Both the position numbers and the translations under genes were made by a program. 64,000 nucleotides of DNA from Eubacteriales bacterium. Its GTDB lineage: Bacteria > Bacillota > Clostridia > Oscillospirales > CAG-272. The notes under the pieces are model-generated. The model made no database searches and had not been told where the DNA came from. It saw only the letters and a list, made by a program, of their open reading frames with translations. The stretch spans positions 187,866 to 251,865 of the forward strand of contig JAZRRX010000039.1 in assembly GCA_045651165.1 (NCBI GenBank), in the 5' to 3' direction. Shown here piece by piece: positions 29,178 to 37,613 of this stretch; the stretch's first letter is position 1, and each line of letters opens with the position of its first letter.

Positions 29178-29852
29178 TTTCACGTCAATTCCACCGAATG
29201 CACAAAATCCATCTATGTAAATTGTGTGCTCTGCGTTGGAATTACTGTTCTTTACATCTGTTCCGCCAAACACACAGGGTATATTATTTACCACATTAAC
29301 GTTATCCGGAACCATTATCTCAATTCCACCAAATGCAACAGTTACCTTGATAGTGCAATCATTTTCAATAATAGCATTTCTAAGGTCGCAATCTATTCCT
29401 CCAAAGCAAGCCACAAGATTTGCGCCGTTAAAAACTGTGTTTGAATAGTCCATCTCTGTTCCGCAGAAAACTGCAACTCCACGATTGATATCTTTGCCAT
29501 CAGCTTTTATTTTGCAAGTATTTAGATGCTCTCTCTTATTTTTAAAAGAAGAAAATACCATTTTTATACCTACATAAGCAATTATCATAGGAATTAAAAG
29601 CTTCCAGAATATATCAAAATCTACTATATCCTGTGCAGCTAACAGCAAGCAAACACCAAGTAAAAGTCCAAAAGCATTTCCCACTCTATCGCCCTTTTCA
29701 AAAAGCCCTACAAAGCACGGAATGATAATAAATAATGTCCACCAGCCATCAAAGAAAATATCAAAATCTATAACATCAAATGAATTTAATGCGATTATCA
29801 TCGCCGCCGCTATGAGTACTATGCCCCATATTGCTCTTCTTAAATTTCTCAT
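29175..29852 (-). CDS. LiaF-like / cell-wall-active-antibiotic-response-type membrane protein
   Basis: Four N-terminal TM segments and a C-terminal beta-rich domain with repeated FGGI(D/E) motifs. Confidence 0.5.
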   Translation of the reverse strand: MRNLRRAIWGIVLIAAAMIIALNSFDVIDFDIFFDGWWTLFIIIPCFVGLFEKGDRVGNAFGLLLGVCLLLAAQDIVDFDIFWKLLIPMIIAYVGIKMVFSSFKNKREHLNTCKIKADGKDINRGVAVFCGTEMDYSNTVFNGANLVACFGGIDCDLRNAIIENDCTIKVTVAFGGIEIMVPDNVNVVNNIPCVFGGTDVKNSNSNAEHTIYIDGFCAFGGIDVK

Positions 29853-29962
29853 AAATAATCTCCTTTCTTTTTTATGTGATAATTATATCATCAAATTTAT
29901 AATTGTCAATACTTTTTTAGTTGCTTTCTTGCTACTTTCGGTTGCTTTTTGACTTTATCGAC

Positions 29963-29991
29963 TTGAAAAAATCGCTTTTTTATGATATAAT
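29963..29991 (+). promoter_or_regulatory. Promoter of the GTPase-NYN gene
   Basis: TTGAAA, a 17-nt spacer, then TATAAT with a TG extension (TGATATAAT). Confidence 0.55.
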
Positions 29992-30021
29992 AATTAAAAT
30001 TTGAATGAAAGGAGAAGAAAA

Positions 30022-32610
30022 TTGAAAAAGAAGCTGACTATTGGTATTTTAGCTCACGTTGATGCGGGCAAAACTACGCTTTCTGAAGCATTGCTCTATA
30101 TTTCTGGTAAGATTAGGACACTTGGCAGAGTTGACCACAAAAATACTTTTCTTGACACCAATGTGATAGAGCGTGAGCGCGGTATTACTATTTTTTCAAA
30201 GCAGGCGCGCTTTTCAAGTGAAAATTGCGATTTTATTCTCCTTGACACTCCTGGACATGTGGATTTTTCCGCTGAAACCGAACGAGTGCTTTCCCTTTTA
30301 GATTATGCAATTTTAGTTATTAGTGCTGCAGACGGCGTTCAAAACCACACGCGCACTCTTTGGAATTTACTTGAATTTTATAAAATTCCAACCTTTATTT
30401 TTGTAAACAAAAGTGATATTGCAATAAAGACAAAAGATGAGCTTGAAGCTGAAATTTCTTCAATTCTCTCCCCTAATTGTGTGGCTTTTTTTGATACACA
30501 ATCAAAGCACGAGCTTGACGAAAAATTGGCACTTGTTAACGAAGGATTTTTAGAAGATTTCTTGGCAGAAAATCCCATTGATGCGGGTGAAATTGCAACT
30601 CTTATTTCAGAGAGGACTTTATTCCCCATTGTTTTTGGATCTGCACTTAGAATGTCTGGCATTGAATTTTTAATTGAAACTATTGATAAATATTCCCTTT
30701 CTCCTCTTTATGAAAGTGAAAAATTCGGTGCGAAGGTATATAAAATTTCACGCGTTGGAAACACTCGTCTTTCATATATGAAACTTACAGGTGGCTCACT
30801 TTCTGCAAGAGATGAAATCACATATCTTTCTGCCGATGGCAAAAAAATCAGTGAAAAAATAAGTCAAATTCGTCTTTATTCGGGTGATAAATTCGAACAG
30901 GTTGAGTCCGTTTCGGCAGGTGAAATTTGCGCAGTAATTGGATTGTCATCAACCTATGCAGGTCAAGGACTTGGTATTGAAATGGATACTTGCAAACCTG
31001 TGCTTGAACCAGTATTATCTTATCGAATTATACTTCCCCAAGGATGTGACCCAAACCTTTATTTTCCCATGCTCAAAGAACTTGAGGAAGAAGAACCATC
31101 ACTTCATCTTTATTGGAATGAGGAGTTATCTCAAATTGAAGCGCACCTTATGGGTGAGATTCAAATTGACCTTATAAAACGACTCATTTTTGATAGATTT
31201 GGCATAGAATGTCAGTTTGGTGCAGGAAATATTCTTTACAAAGAAAAAATCAAATCAAAAGCTATCGGAATTGGACATTTTGAGCCCCTCCGTCACTATG
31301 CCGAGGTTCAACTCTTGCTCGAACCACAACCCAAGGGCACGGGACTTATTTTTGACACCAAAATCCCCGAAAATATGCTTGCTATAAATTGGCAGAGATT
31401 GATTCTCTCCCACCTATATGAAAAAAATCATCGTGGTGTACTAACGGGTGCGTTGCTTAGTGATACGAAGATTACTATCGTTGCCGGCAAATCACATCTC
31501 AAGCACACCGAAGGTGGAGATTTTAGAGAAGCGACCCAGCGTGCAGTCCGTCATGGACTTATGGTTGGTGGTTGCACACTTCTTGAGCCTTATTACAAAT
31601 TTAGACTTGAAATTCCCTCTTCTTTAGTTGGAAAAGCAATGAATGATTTGCAGATGCGCTCTGCTGAATTTGAAATTGAAAGCTCTACCGAGGATTTTAC
31701 GAATATTACAGGTCGAGCACCCGTTGCAACGCTTCACGATTACATTAGTGAAGTAATTTCATACACTCGTGGTACAGGACGACTCACATGCGTTAGTGAC
31801 GGCTATGACGAGTGCCACAATCAAGATGAAATTGTTGCTAAAATGGGATATGACCCTGAAAGTGATATGGATAATACTCCTCACTCTGTTTTCTGTGCTC
31901 ATGGTGCAGGTTTTGTTGTGAATTGGAGAGAAGTTGAACAATATAAACATCTTGAACCTGGCATTTCCATATCTGATAACACGGTTTCTATAATCCCAAG
32001 AGTTGCTTCCCTCTCTAAAACCTACTCACTTACTGATGAAGAAGTTGAGGCAATTATGACGCGAACTTTCGGTCCTATAAGACGAAAGCAATATAGTGAG
32101 CCAAAGGTTATTTCTGCGAGCAAGTCAAAGCCCACTAAAAAGGCACAAATCAAGCAAGAAAGTATGATAATCATTGATGGTTATAATCTTATCTATGCTT
32201 GGGATTCTTTGAAAGAAATATCGGACTATTCACTTGAGAAAGCACGAGAAACCTTGATGGATATTTTATCAAATTACGTTGCTTTCACCAAGGAAAAATT
32301 AGTATTGGTTTTTGATGCTTATCTTGTTAAAGAGGGGGGGGGCTCGGAATTTGAAAAAGACGGCTACAAGGTGGTTTTCACAAAAGAAAATCAAACGGCA
32401 GATGCCTATATTGAACGAATGATGCACGAGCTTGGCCCTAACTATAAAATTAGAGTTGTTACAGGAGACCGCCTTGTTCAGTTTGCGGCAGTGCATTCAG
32501 GCATTTCACGAATGACTATAAAAGAGTTCGTTGATGAGCTTATTACAGTCGGAAATGAAATTACTGATTTTGTTAAAAAACTAACTGAAAGCCAAGAATA
32601 TATAAAATAA
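30022..32610 (+). CDS. Fusion protein: TetM/EF-G-like translational GTPase (domains G and II-V), an approximately 115-aa linker, and a Rae1/YacP-type NYN ribonuclease domain
   Basis: The likely TTG start at 30022 has AAAGGAGA upstream. GTPase motifs are G1 AHVDAGKTT, G3 DTPGH and G4 NKSD. The domain V block reads LLEPYYKFRLEIPSSLVGKAMNDL. The C-terminal 148 aa align along their length with B. subtilis Rae1: IIIDGYN, LVFDAYLVK, FTKENQTADAYIE and VVTGDR. Confidence 0.85.
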   Translation: MKKKLTIGILAHVDAGKTTLSEALLYISGKIRTLGRVDHKNTFLDTNVIERERGITIFSKQARFSSENCDFILLDTPGHVDFSAETERVLSLLDYAILVISAADGVQNHTRTLWNLLEFYKIPTFIFVNKSDIAIKTKDELEAEISSILSPNCVAFFDTQSKHELDEKLALVNEGFLEDFLAENPIDAGEIATLISERTLFPIVFGSALRMSGIEFLIETIDKYSLSPLYESEKFGAKVYKISRVGNTRLSYMKLTGGSLSARDEITYLSADGKKISEKISQIRLYSGDKFEQVESVSAGEICAVIGLSSTYAGQGLGIEMDTCKPVLEPVLSYRIILPQGCDPNLYFPMLKELEEEEPSLHLYWNEELSQIEAHLMGEIQIDLIKRLIFDRFGIECQFGAGNILYKEKIKSKAIGIGHFEPLRHYAEVQLLLEPQPKGTGLIFDTKIPENMLAINWQRLILSHLYEKNHRGVLTGALLSDTKITIVAGKSHLKHTEGGDFREATQRAVRHGLMVGGCTLLEPYYKFRLEIPSSLVGKAMNDLQMRSAEFEIESSTEDFTNITGRAPVATLHDYISEVISYTRGTGRLTCVSDGYDECHNQDEIVAKMGYDPESDMDNTPHSVFCAHGAGFVVNWREVEQYKHLEPGISISDNTVSIIPRVASLSKTYSLTDEEVEAIMTRTFGPIRRKQYSEPKVISASKSKPTKKAQIKQESMIIIDGYNLIYAWDSLKEISDYSLEKARETLMDILSNYVAFTKEKLVLVFDAYLVKEGGGSEFEKDGYKVVFTKENQTADAYIERMMHELGPNYKIRVVTGDRLVQFAAVHSGISRMTIKEFVDELITVGNEITDFVKKLTESQEYIK

Positions 32611-32638
32611 CCTGCGGATTTTTCCGCAGGTTATTTTT
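32609..32638. terminator. Bidirectional terminator between convergent genes
   Basis: Stem AACCTGCGGA / TCCGCAGGTT followed by ATTTTT. Confidence 0.8.
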
Positions 32639-33314
32639 ATCTTTTTAATGTTTTAAGCAATGTCTTTTTATCCTCACTTACTCGATAACTTTCAAGCGCT
32701 TTTTGAATTGCTTTATTGTGTGTCCAATTATCTTCTATAGCGTGGTTTTCGATGTACGACAGGGTTGCATCATATTGCTTTGCAAGGGCTGTAGCAAAAT
32801 ACCACGCGACCATCATTTTAAGGTAATAATCTTCTCCTTTGGTCTTTGAAACAAGCTCAAGATATTCGGTTTTAAAATCATCACCAAGATAATGTACCAT
32901 AAGCATTTCAATAGCAAATCTTTTAGTGTAAACATGTTCACTGTTAAGCCACTTTTTAATTTGAATTAGTGCCTTTTCTTTATTCTTTGAAAAACACTTT
33001 GGACGAAGTGAATCGCACACCGACCAGTTATCAATATATGGCAATAACTTTTCAATCTCTTCTATAAAAATATCAAAATCTTTTATCTCCGAGAGAATAT
33101 AAGAATGAAGATGATATTCCTCAAAATATGTATGAGGTAACATATTAATAAAGTCAATATATTCCCCACTTTTGTAAAGTTCTTTGGCAAGTTTTTTAAT
33201 ATTTGGCAACCTAACGCCAATCATATTCTCTTTTGATATGTTTGGAATTAACGGAGATGTAAAATCTCGATATTTTAAATCTTGCATTTCCATAAACTTT
33301 TGAGTAATATCCAT
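32637..33314 (-). CDS. AlkD-like HEAT-repeat protein (DNA alkylation repair protein family)
   Basis: IDNWSVCDSL, KRFAIEML and MVAWYFATAL match the AlkD-family blocks WWDSVD, RAAI and IGW. The start is set at ATG 33314 (AAGGAG 5 nt upstream), 10 nt downstream of the preceding gene's stop. Confidence 0.7.
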   Translation of the reverse strand: MDITQKFMEMQDLKYRDFTSPLIPNISKENMIGVRLPNIKKLAKELYKSGEYIDFINMLPHTYFEEYHLHSYILSEIKDFDIFIEEIEKLLPYIDNWSVCDSLRPKCFSKNKEKALIQIKKWLNSEHVYTKRFAIEMLMVHYLGDDFKTEYLELVSKTKGEDYYLKMMVAWYFATALAKQYDATLSYIENHAIEDNWTHNKAIQKALESYRVSEDKKTLLKTLKR

Positions 33315-33323
33315 AGCCACTCC

Positions 33324-33851
33324 TTAAATATTTCTAACTAATCTTTTCAACACTTGGCTTATAGGATAAATTAATAGTCCCACGGCAAAGTTTCCAATCA
33401 TATGAATTATATCAAACGTAAATCCTGCGGCTATCCAAGTGAGTGTTTGCTCAAATGTAAATCCAAACATCAATGCTTGAACTGGTGCATACAAAGCACC
33501 GAATAACAGTCCATGCAAAGCACAAATTATTGGATAAACCACAATTGCAACTACCTTTGGCATATTCTTCGGTAAAATCATGGTAATTCCCCAAAGAATT
33601 GTCCAAATGTAAAGGTATGGTACCCACCACGCGTTAAAGCCAGCAAAAAGTCCGTTCAAAAGCACATAAACGTATATTGGTATCAACGCCTTTTTGCGAA
33701 AAACTATGGTATAAGTCACCGTCAACATTCCGAGCAGGTGAATATTGGGTAATGCTTCCATTACTATTTTAGAAATAAACATCAAAGCGCCAAGTATTGC
33801 AAAAAGACATATTTCCTGAATAGAAAGTTTCTTTTTATTTTGTTTAATCAT
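33324..33851 (-). CDS. Small six-TM membrane protein, ECF S-component-like (candidate cobalamin-uptake component)
   Basis: 175 aa and highly hydrophobic. It lies in a riboswitch-controlled operon directly after the DUF4430 lipoprotein. Confidence 0.55.
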   Translation of the reverse strand: MIKQNKKKLSIQEICLFAILGALMFISKIVMEALPNIHLLGMLTVTYTIVFRKKALIPIYVYVLLNGLFAGFNAWWVPYLYIWTILWGITMILPKNMPKVVAIVVYPIICALHGLLFGALYAPVQALMFGFTFEQTLTWIAAGFTFDIIHMIGNFAVGLLIYPISQVLKRLVRNI

Positions 33852-33853
33852 AA

Positions 33854-34318
33854 TTATTTAGTGCGAACAAATGAATATGTATAGTCTTCTGTTACGTTGG
33901 TAGTATCAACACCATTAGCATACTCTCCGTTCTCATAGAATGCCCAGTATGTTTGATCAACATCATAATCTGCAAGCATTCCGTTTACAGTTTTAACGTA
34001 AAGACCGTATTGACTATCTTCACCGGCAATAAGATTAAGAGACAAAAGTGCCGCGCCAACTGTTTCTTCGTTGGTATGGATTGTAAATGTGATAGCGTAG
34101 CCCTCAGCATCTACTTTAAACATAAAGCTTTTACTGCCTTCGCCAAGTTCAGTATCCTTTGTATAGGTTGCAGTCTTCCAAATCTCAGGAAGCGGATTTT
34201 CTTCAGTACCTACAAAAGAGGTAGTTGTGGTTTGTTTGAATAAGTCGCAAGAAGCGAGAGATACCATCATAAAGATGATAAGAACGAATGATAATTTTGT
34301 AATGATTTTGTTTTTCAT
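33854..34318 (-). CDS. DUF4430 (transcobalamin-like) lipoprotein
   Basis: Lipobox LASCD is present. The DUF4430-like core reads TVGAALLSLNLIAGEDSQYGLYVKTVNGMLADYDVDQTYWAFYENGEYANGV. Confidence 0.7.
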   Translation of the reverse strand: MKNKIITKLSFVLIIFMMVSLASCDLFKQTTTTSFVGTEENPLPEIWKTATYTKDTELGEGSKSFMFKVDAEGYAITFTIHTNEETVGAALLSLNLIAGEDSQYGLYVKTVNGMLADYDVDQTYWAFYENGEYANGVDTTNVTEDYTYSFVRTK

Positions 34319-34349
34319 TTTTGTTTTTTCCTTTCTTTTTCAAAAGGAT

Positions 34350-34600
34350 AAAATAAAAGCGCCTCTCCATAGAAAAGCGCACGAAAACGAGAGTACCCTG
34401 CCGTACTCTATTTTACACCGTCTTTCCTATTTGCCCGAAAGTCCTTTTACGTGTCACAGAACGATAAGCATTCCGACTTATTATCAAATGATAAAATACG
34501 GTAATGGCTGTTGCTACGGATTCTCACCGTGATTTCCTTATCCCCGAATAACGCCGTCTTGCAGCATACCCGACTAAATGAACTGTGTTTATTCTTTTGT
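34350..34600 (-). promoter_or_regulatory. Cobalamin (B12) riboswitch with a terminator expression platform
   Basis: The minus-strand RNA contains GGGGATAAGGAAATCACGGTGAGAATCCGTAGCAACAGCCATTACCGTA, matching the GGGAA...GGTGAGAATCC...ACAGCC...ACCGT core. AAGTCGGAATGCTTATC is B12-box-like, and its CTTATC pairs with the upstream GATAAG. The terminator is GCGCTTTTC-TATG-GAGAGGCGC followed by TTTTATTTTAT (34350-34380). Confidence 0.6.
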
Positions 34601-34606
34601 TGACCT

Positions 34607-34635
34607 ATTATAACATACTTTTTTTATAAATTCAA
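34607..34635 (-). promoter_or_regulatory. Promoter of the riboswitch-controlled operon
   Basis: On the minus strand: TTGAAT (34635-34630), a 17-nt spacer, then TATAAT (34612-34607) with a TGT extension. Confidence 0.55.
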
Positions 34636-34678
34636 TAGGAAATCCCTGCTTTCGCAGGGATTTTTCTGTTATTTCTAT

Positions 34679-37117
34679 TTATTCGGGTAATTTAACACAT
34701 TTTTCACCCTTGATCAATCGAATTATTGCTTGTATTGGCTTATTATTTGCAAAATCTAAAAGTGCACATGCCATATTGTGTGAAAGCATTCCCTCACTTG
34801 CATATGACATTGAACGCAAACTCATTGTCTTCATAATCTGCCAACCAAAGTATGCATTCTTAACCTTAGTTTCTTTATCGGGAGAATCCTTGCCTAAAAG
34901 AGTAAATCTATATATAAGTTCGAATGAAAGCATTATAAGTTTATAAAAAATCTTTCCGCATATGGTCTTATATTCTCTTATTGGAGTATTAAGATCATAT
35001 GGTTTTTTCACCTCTGGAGAAGGAATTTCTCTACCAATAAGCTTGTCAAATTTATTGTTGCTCATACTCAAAAGTTTCTCTTTTGATACATTATAAAGCT
35101 TAGAATAGTATGGATTTTCTTCTATTGATTCTCCTTCATCAATAACAATATTAGAAGAAAGGATAACAGTATTTACATCTGAGCACAAACAGAACATATA
35201 ATTTCCATTTTCAAGCAACCATTTGCCACCGACATAATATCTAAGGTCATCAATTGGAATTTGGATGCAAACTGTTTTAGTTTCTCCTACTTCAAGATGT
35301 ACCTTTTCAAATCCTCTAAGTTCTCTAAGAGGTTTAACTACATTGGTCTTAGGTGCTTCAACGAACAATTCAAGAACTGTTGAGCCATTCATTGAGCCAA
35401 CATTCTTCACATCAACATATACCTTGCAAATTCCATTTTCCTTTTCAACTCTCATATTGCTATAAGAAAAGTCAGTATATGAAAGCCCGTAACCGAAAGG
35501 ATATTTTACAGGCACACCAAATGTTGAATAATATCTATAGCCAACAAAAATACTCTCTTTATATCTGTCGTTAGTAGTAACAGTAAATTCATTATAGAAA
35601 GGAACATCCTCATATTTGTTTGGCCAAGTTTCAGAAAGACGTCCGGAAGGATTTGCCTTTCCGAAAAGAAGATCATAAGTTGCTTCTCCTCCCTCTTCAC
35701 CAGGAAGATACATATTAAGAACGGCATCTACATTAACATCGAATGCCATCTCAACAGGGCTACCACCAAACATAACAAAAACAATCTTTTTGTTGAGTTT
35801 TGCAATTCTCTTAAGAAGATTCAACTGATTTTGAGGAAGAGAGAGTGTTTTTCTGTCAAATCCTTCACTTTCAGCGTACTCTGAAAGCCCTCCAAAGAAG
35901 ATTACAGTATCTGCTCTTTCAACCCTTAACATTGCCTGTTCTACTAATGCCAAATCGTCATCATATGAATTGAGATTATATCCCTTTTCGTAAGAATATT
36001 TGACATTATGTTTATCGAATGCTTGCTTTGAAGTTGTAAGCTTGTACGGATGAAGAAGTGATGATCCTGCACCTTGATAGCGCATTTTTTCAAACATTTC
36101 ACCAATGACAAGATATTTTTTATCCTCAGACAAAGGCAAAATCTTATTTTTATTCTTAAGCAAAACTGCACTGTCAACTGCAATTTCTTTTGCTACTTCG
36201 GCGTTATCTTCAAAATCAACAGAAATAGAATCTTCAACGAGCGTAGTATTATAAATCATATTAAGAACACGTCTTACGGCTGTGTCAACCACCTCAATAG
36301 AAAGTACTCCATTATTTACTGCATCAACTATAACTTGACGATTATGTCCTACATCACCAGGCATTTCAAGATCAAGTCCTGCACGAAGTCCCTCAACTCT
36401 ATCATTTACTGCACCCCAGTCAGACATAACAAGGCCTTCAAATCCCCAATCATCACGAAGAACACCATTAAGAAGTTCAGTGTTTTCAGATGCATATTTA
36501 CCATTAATCTTATTATAGGCACACATTACAGTTTGTGGCTTGCCTTCTTTGATTATGAGTTCAAATGCCTTAAGATATATCTCACGATAAGCGCGTTCAT
36601 CAACTATGGAATCACCAAAATAACGATTCTCTTCATTGTTGTTACAAGCAAAATGCTTAACGCTTGTGCCAACACCCATATCTTCAATTCCTCGAGTCAA
36701 ATTAGCACCAAGTTTTCCTGAAATGTGGGGGTCTTCACTAAAATATTCAAAGTTTCTTCCGCAAAGAGGATTTCTCTTTATGTTAACTGCAGGACCAAGT
36801 ATAAGATTTACATTGTAATGGCGACATTCTTCACCCATTGTCTGACCCATTTTATAAAGCAATTCCTTGTTCCAAGAGCTGCCCGTGGTACAAGCCGCCG
36901 GGAAACAAGTGGAAACTTCAGTTTGTCCAAGACCTGCAATTTTATCTCCCTCTTTTTTCTTTCTGAGTCCATGAGGGCCATCAGTTAAAAAGATTGAGGG
37001 CAATCCAACTCGTGTTACTTTATTGGTATGCCAAGATTTATGCCCAGAAAGAAGGGCTACTTTTTCTTCAAGAGTTAACTGTTCTAAAATTTCATTAACG
37101 TTAATCATACCATGCAT
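34679..37117 (-). CDS. Glycoside hydrolase family 3 (beta-glucosidase/beta-xylosidase type) with an FnIII-like domain and a C-terminal extension
   Basis: GH3 blocks GLPSIFLTDGPHGLRK, KHFACNN and GLVMSDWGA (nucleophile SDW) are present. The hairpin AAATCCCTGC/GCAGGGATTT lies downstream at 34640-34663. Confidence 0.9.
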   Translation of the reverse strand: MHGMINVNEILEQLTLEEKVALLSGHKSWHTNKVTRVGLPSIFLTDGPHGLRKKKEGDKIAGLGQTEVSTCFPAACTTGSSWNKELLYKMGQTMGEECRHYNVNLILGPAVNIKRNPLCGRNFEYFSEDPHISGKLGANLTRGIEDMGVGTSVKHFACNNNEENRYFGDSIVDERAYREIYLKAFELIIKEGKPQTVMCAYNKINGKYASENTELLNGVLRDDWGFEGLVMSDWGAVNDRVEGLRAGLDLEMPGDVGHNRQVIVDAVNNGVLSIEVVDTAVRRVLNMIYNTTLVEDSISVDFEDNAEVAKEIAVDSAVLLKNKNKILPLSEDKKYLVIGEMFEKMRYQGAGSSLLHPYKLTTSKQAFDKHNVKYSYEKGYNLNSYDDDLALVEQAMLRVERADTVIFFGGLSEYAESEGFDRKTLSLPQNQLNLLKRIAKLNKKIVFVMFGGSPVEMAFDVNVDAVLNMYLPGEEGGEATYDLLFGKANPSGRLSETWPNKYEDVPFYNEFTVTTNDRYKESIFVGYRYYSTFGVPVKYPFGYGLSYTDFSYSNMRVEKENGICKVYVDVKNVGSMNGSTVLELFVEAPKTNVVKPLRELRGFEKVHLEVGETKTVCIQIPIDDLRYYVGGKWLLENGNYMFCLCSDVNTVILSSNIVIDEGESIEENPYYSKLYNVSKEKLLSMSNNKFDKLIGREIPSPEVKKPYDLNTPIREYKTICGKIFYKLIMLSFELIYRFTLLGKDSPDKETKVKNAYFGWQIMKTMSLRSMSYASEGMLSHNMACALLDFANNKPIQAIIRLIKGEKCVKLPE

Positions 37118-37469
37118 ATCCTTTATTTTTTGTTTTGCGTCATTAAAAATATGAGCTATAATAGCATTATACCTTTTTTATTTACAAATGTCAATTTATA
37201 TATTAAATTTATTTGTCGCAAATTTTTAATTAATTTTATTTTCTCAACCGATTAACCATCTTAATACAGAATATTTCTTTGCTTTTTTGATATATGCGTA
37301 TCTTAATAATCATTTTTTATGCCGTTTTTTTCTTAAATATGTATTTTTTACGCGCTAAAGATTAGGTCGTAAACATAGGTAATAATTGGTAAATCCCGAA
37401 CATATTGGTCATTTTGCACAATTTTACGGGTCTTTTTTTTACATCAATATGCACTTTTTTCAAACGATG

Positions 37470-37514
37470 TCAAAAAAATCAAGATATGTTAAATTTCCTA
37501 TCAAAAAAATCAAG
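37470..37514 (+). promoter_or_regulatory. Two direct copies of the exact 14-mer TCAAAAAAATCAAG, 31 bp apart (candidate operator or activator sites)
   Basis: The copies are at 37470-37483 and 37501-37514, in the 496-bp intergenic region between GH3 and the pectin ABC operon. The same 14-mer occurs at 54810-54823 on the other strand. Confidence 0.45.
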
Positions 37515-37613
37515 GACAGTATTATTGCTTTGTAATAAAATTACTTTGAATAGTGGGTTATTGTTTCCAACTTTACCACATTCTATCATTTTAATAATAT
37601 AACGGATTTTTCA

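Noticed and set aside
30022-31830. Annotating the GTPase as a Tet(M)/Tet(O)-type tetracycline ribosomal protection protein.
   Set aside because: Similarity is strongest in the generic G domain. The domain IV tip differs from the RPP loop as I recall it. The protein carries a 260-aa C-terminal linker and NYN domain that RPPs lack. No mobile-element context is present.
37118-37613. The 496-bp intergenic region as a hidden gene or structured RNA (including the 65-aa ORF at 37405-37602).
   Set aside because: The region is very AT-rich, with no RBS-start pair, no stable long-range pairing that I could see and no terminator. It is better explained as a divergent control region holding the 14-mer sites.
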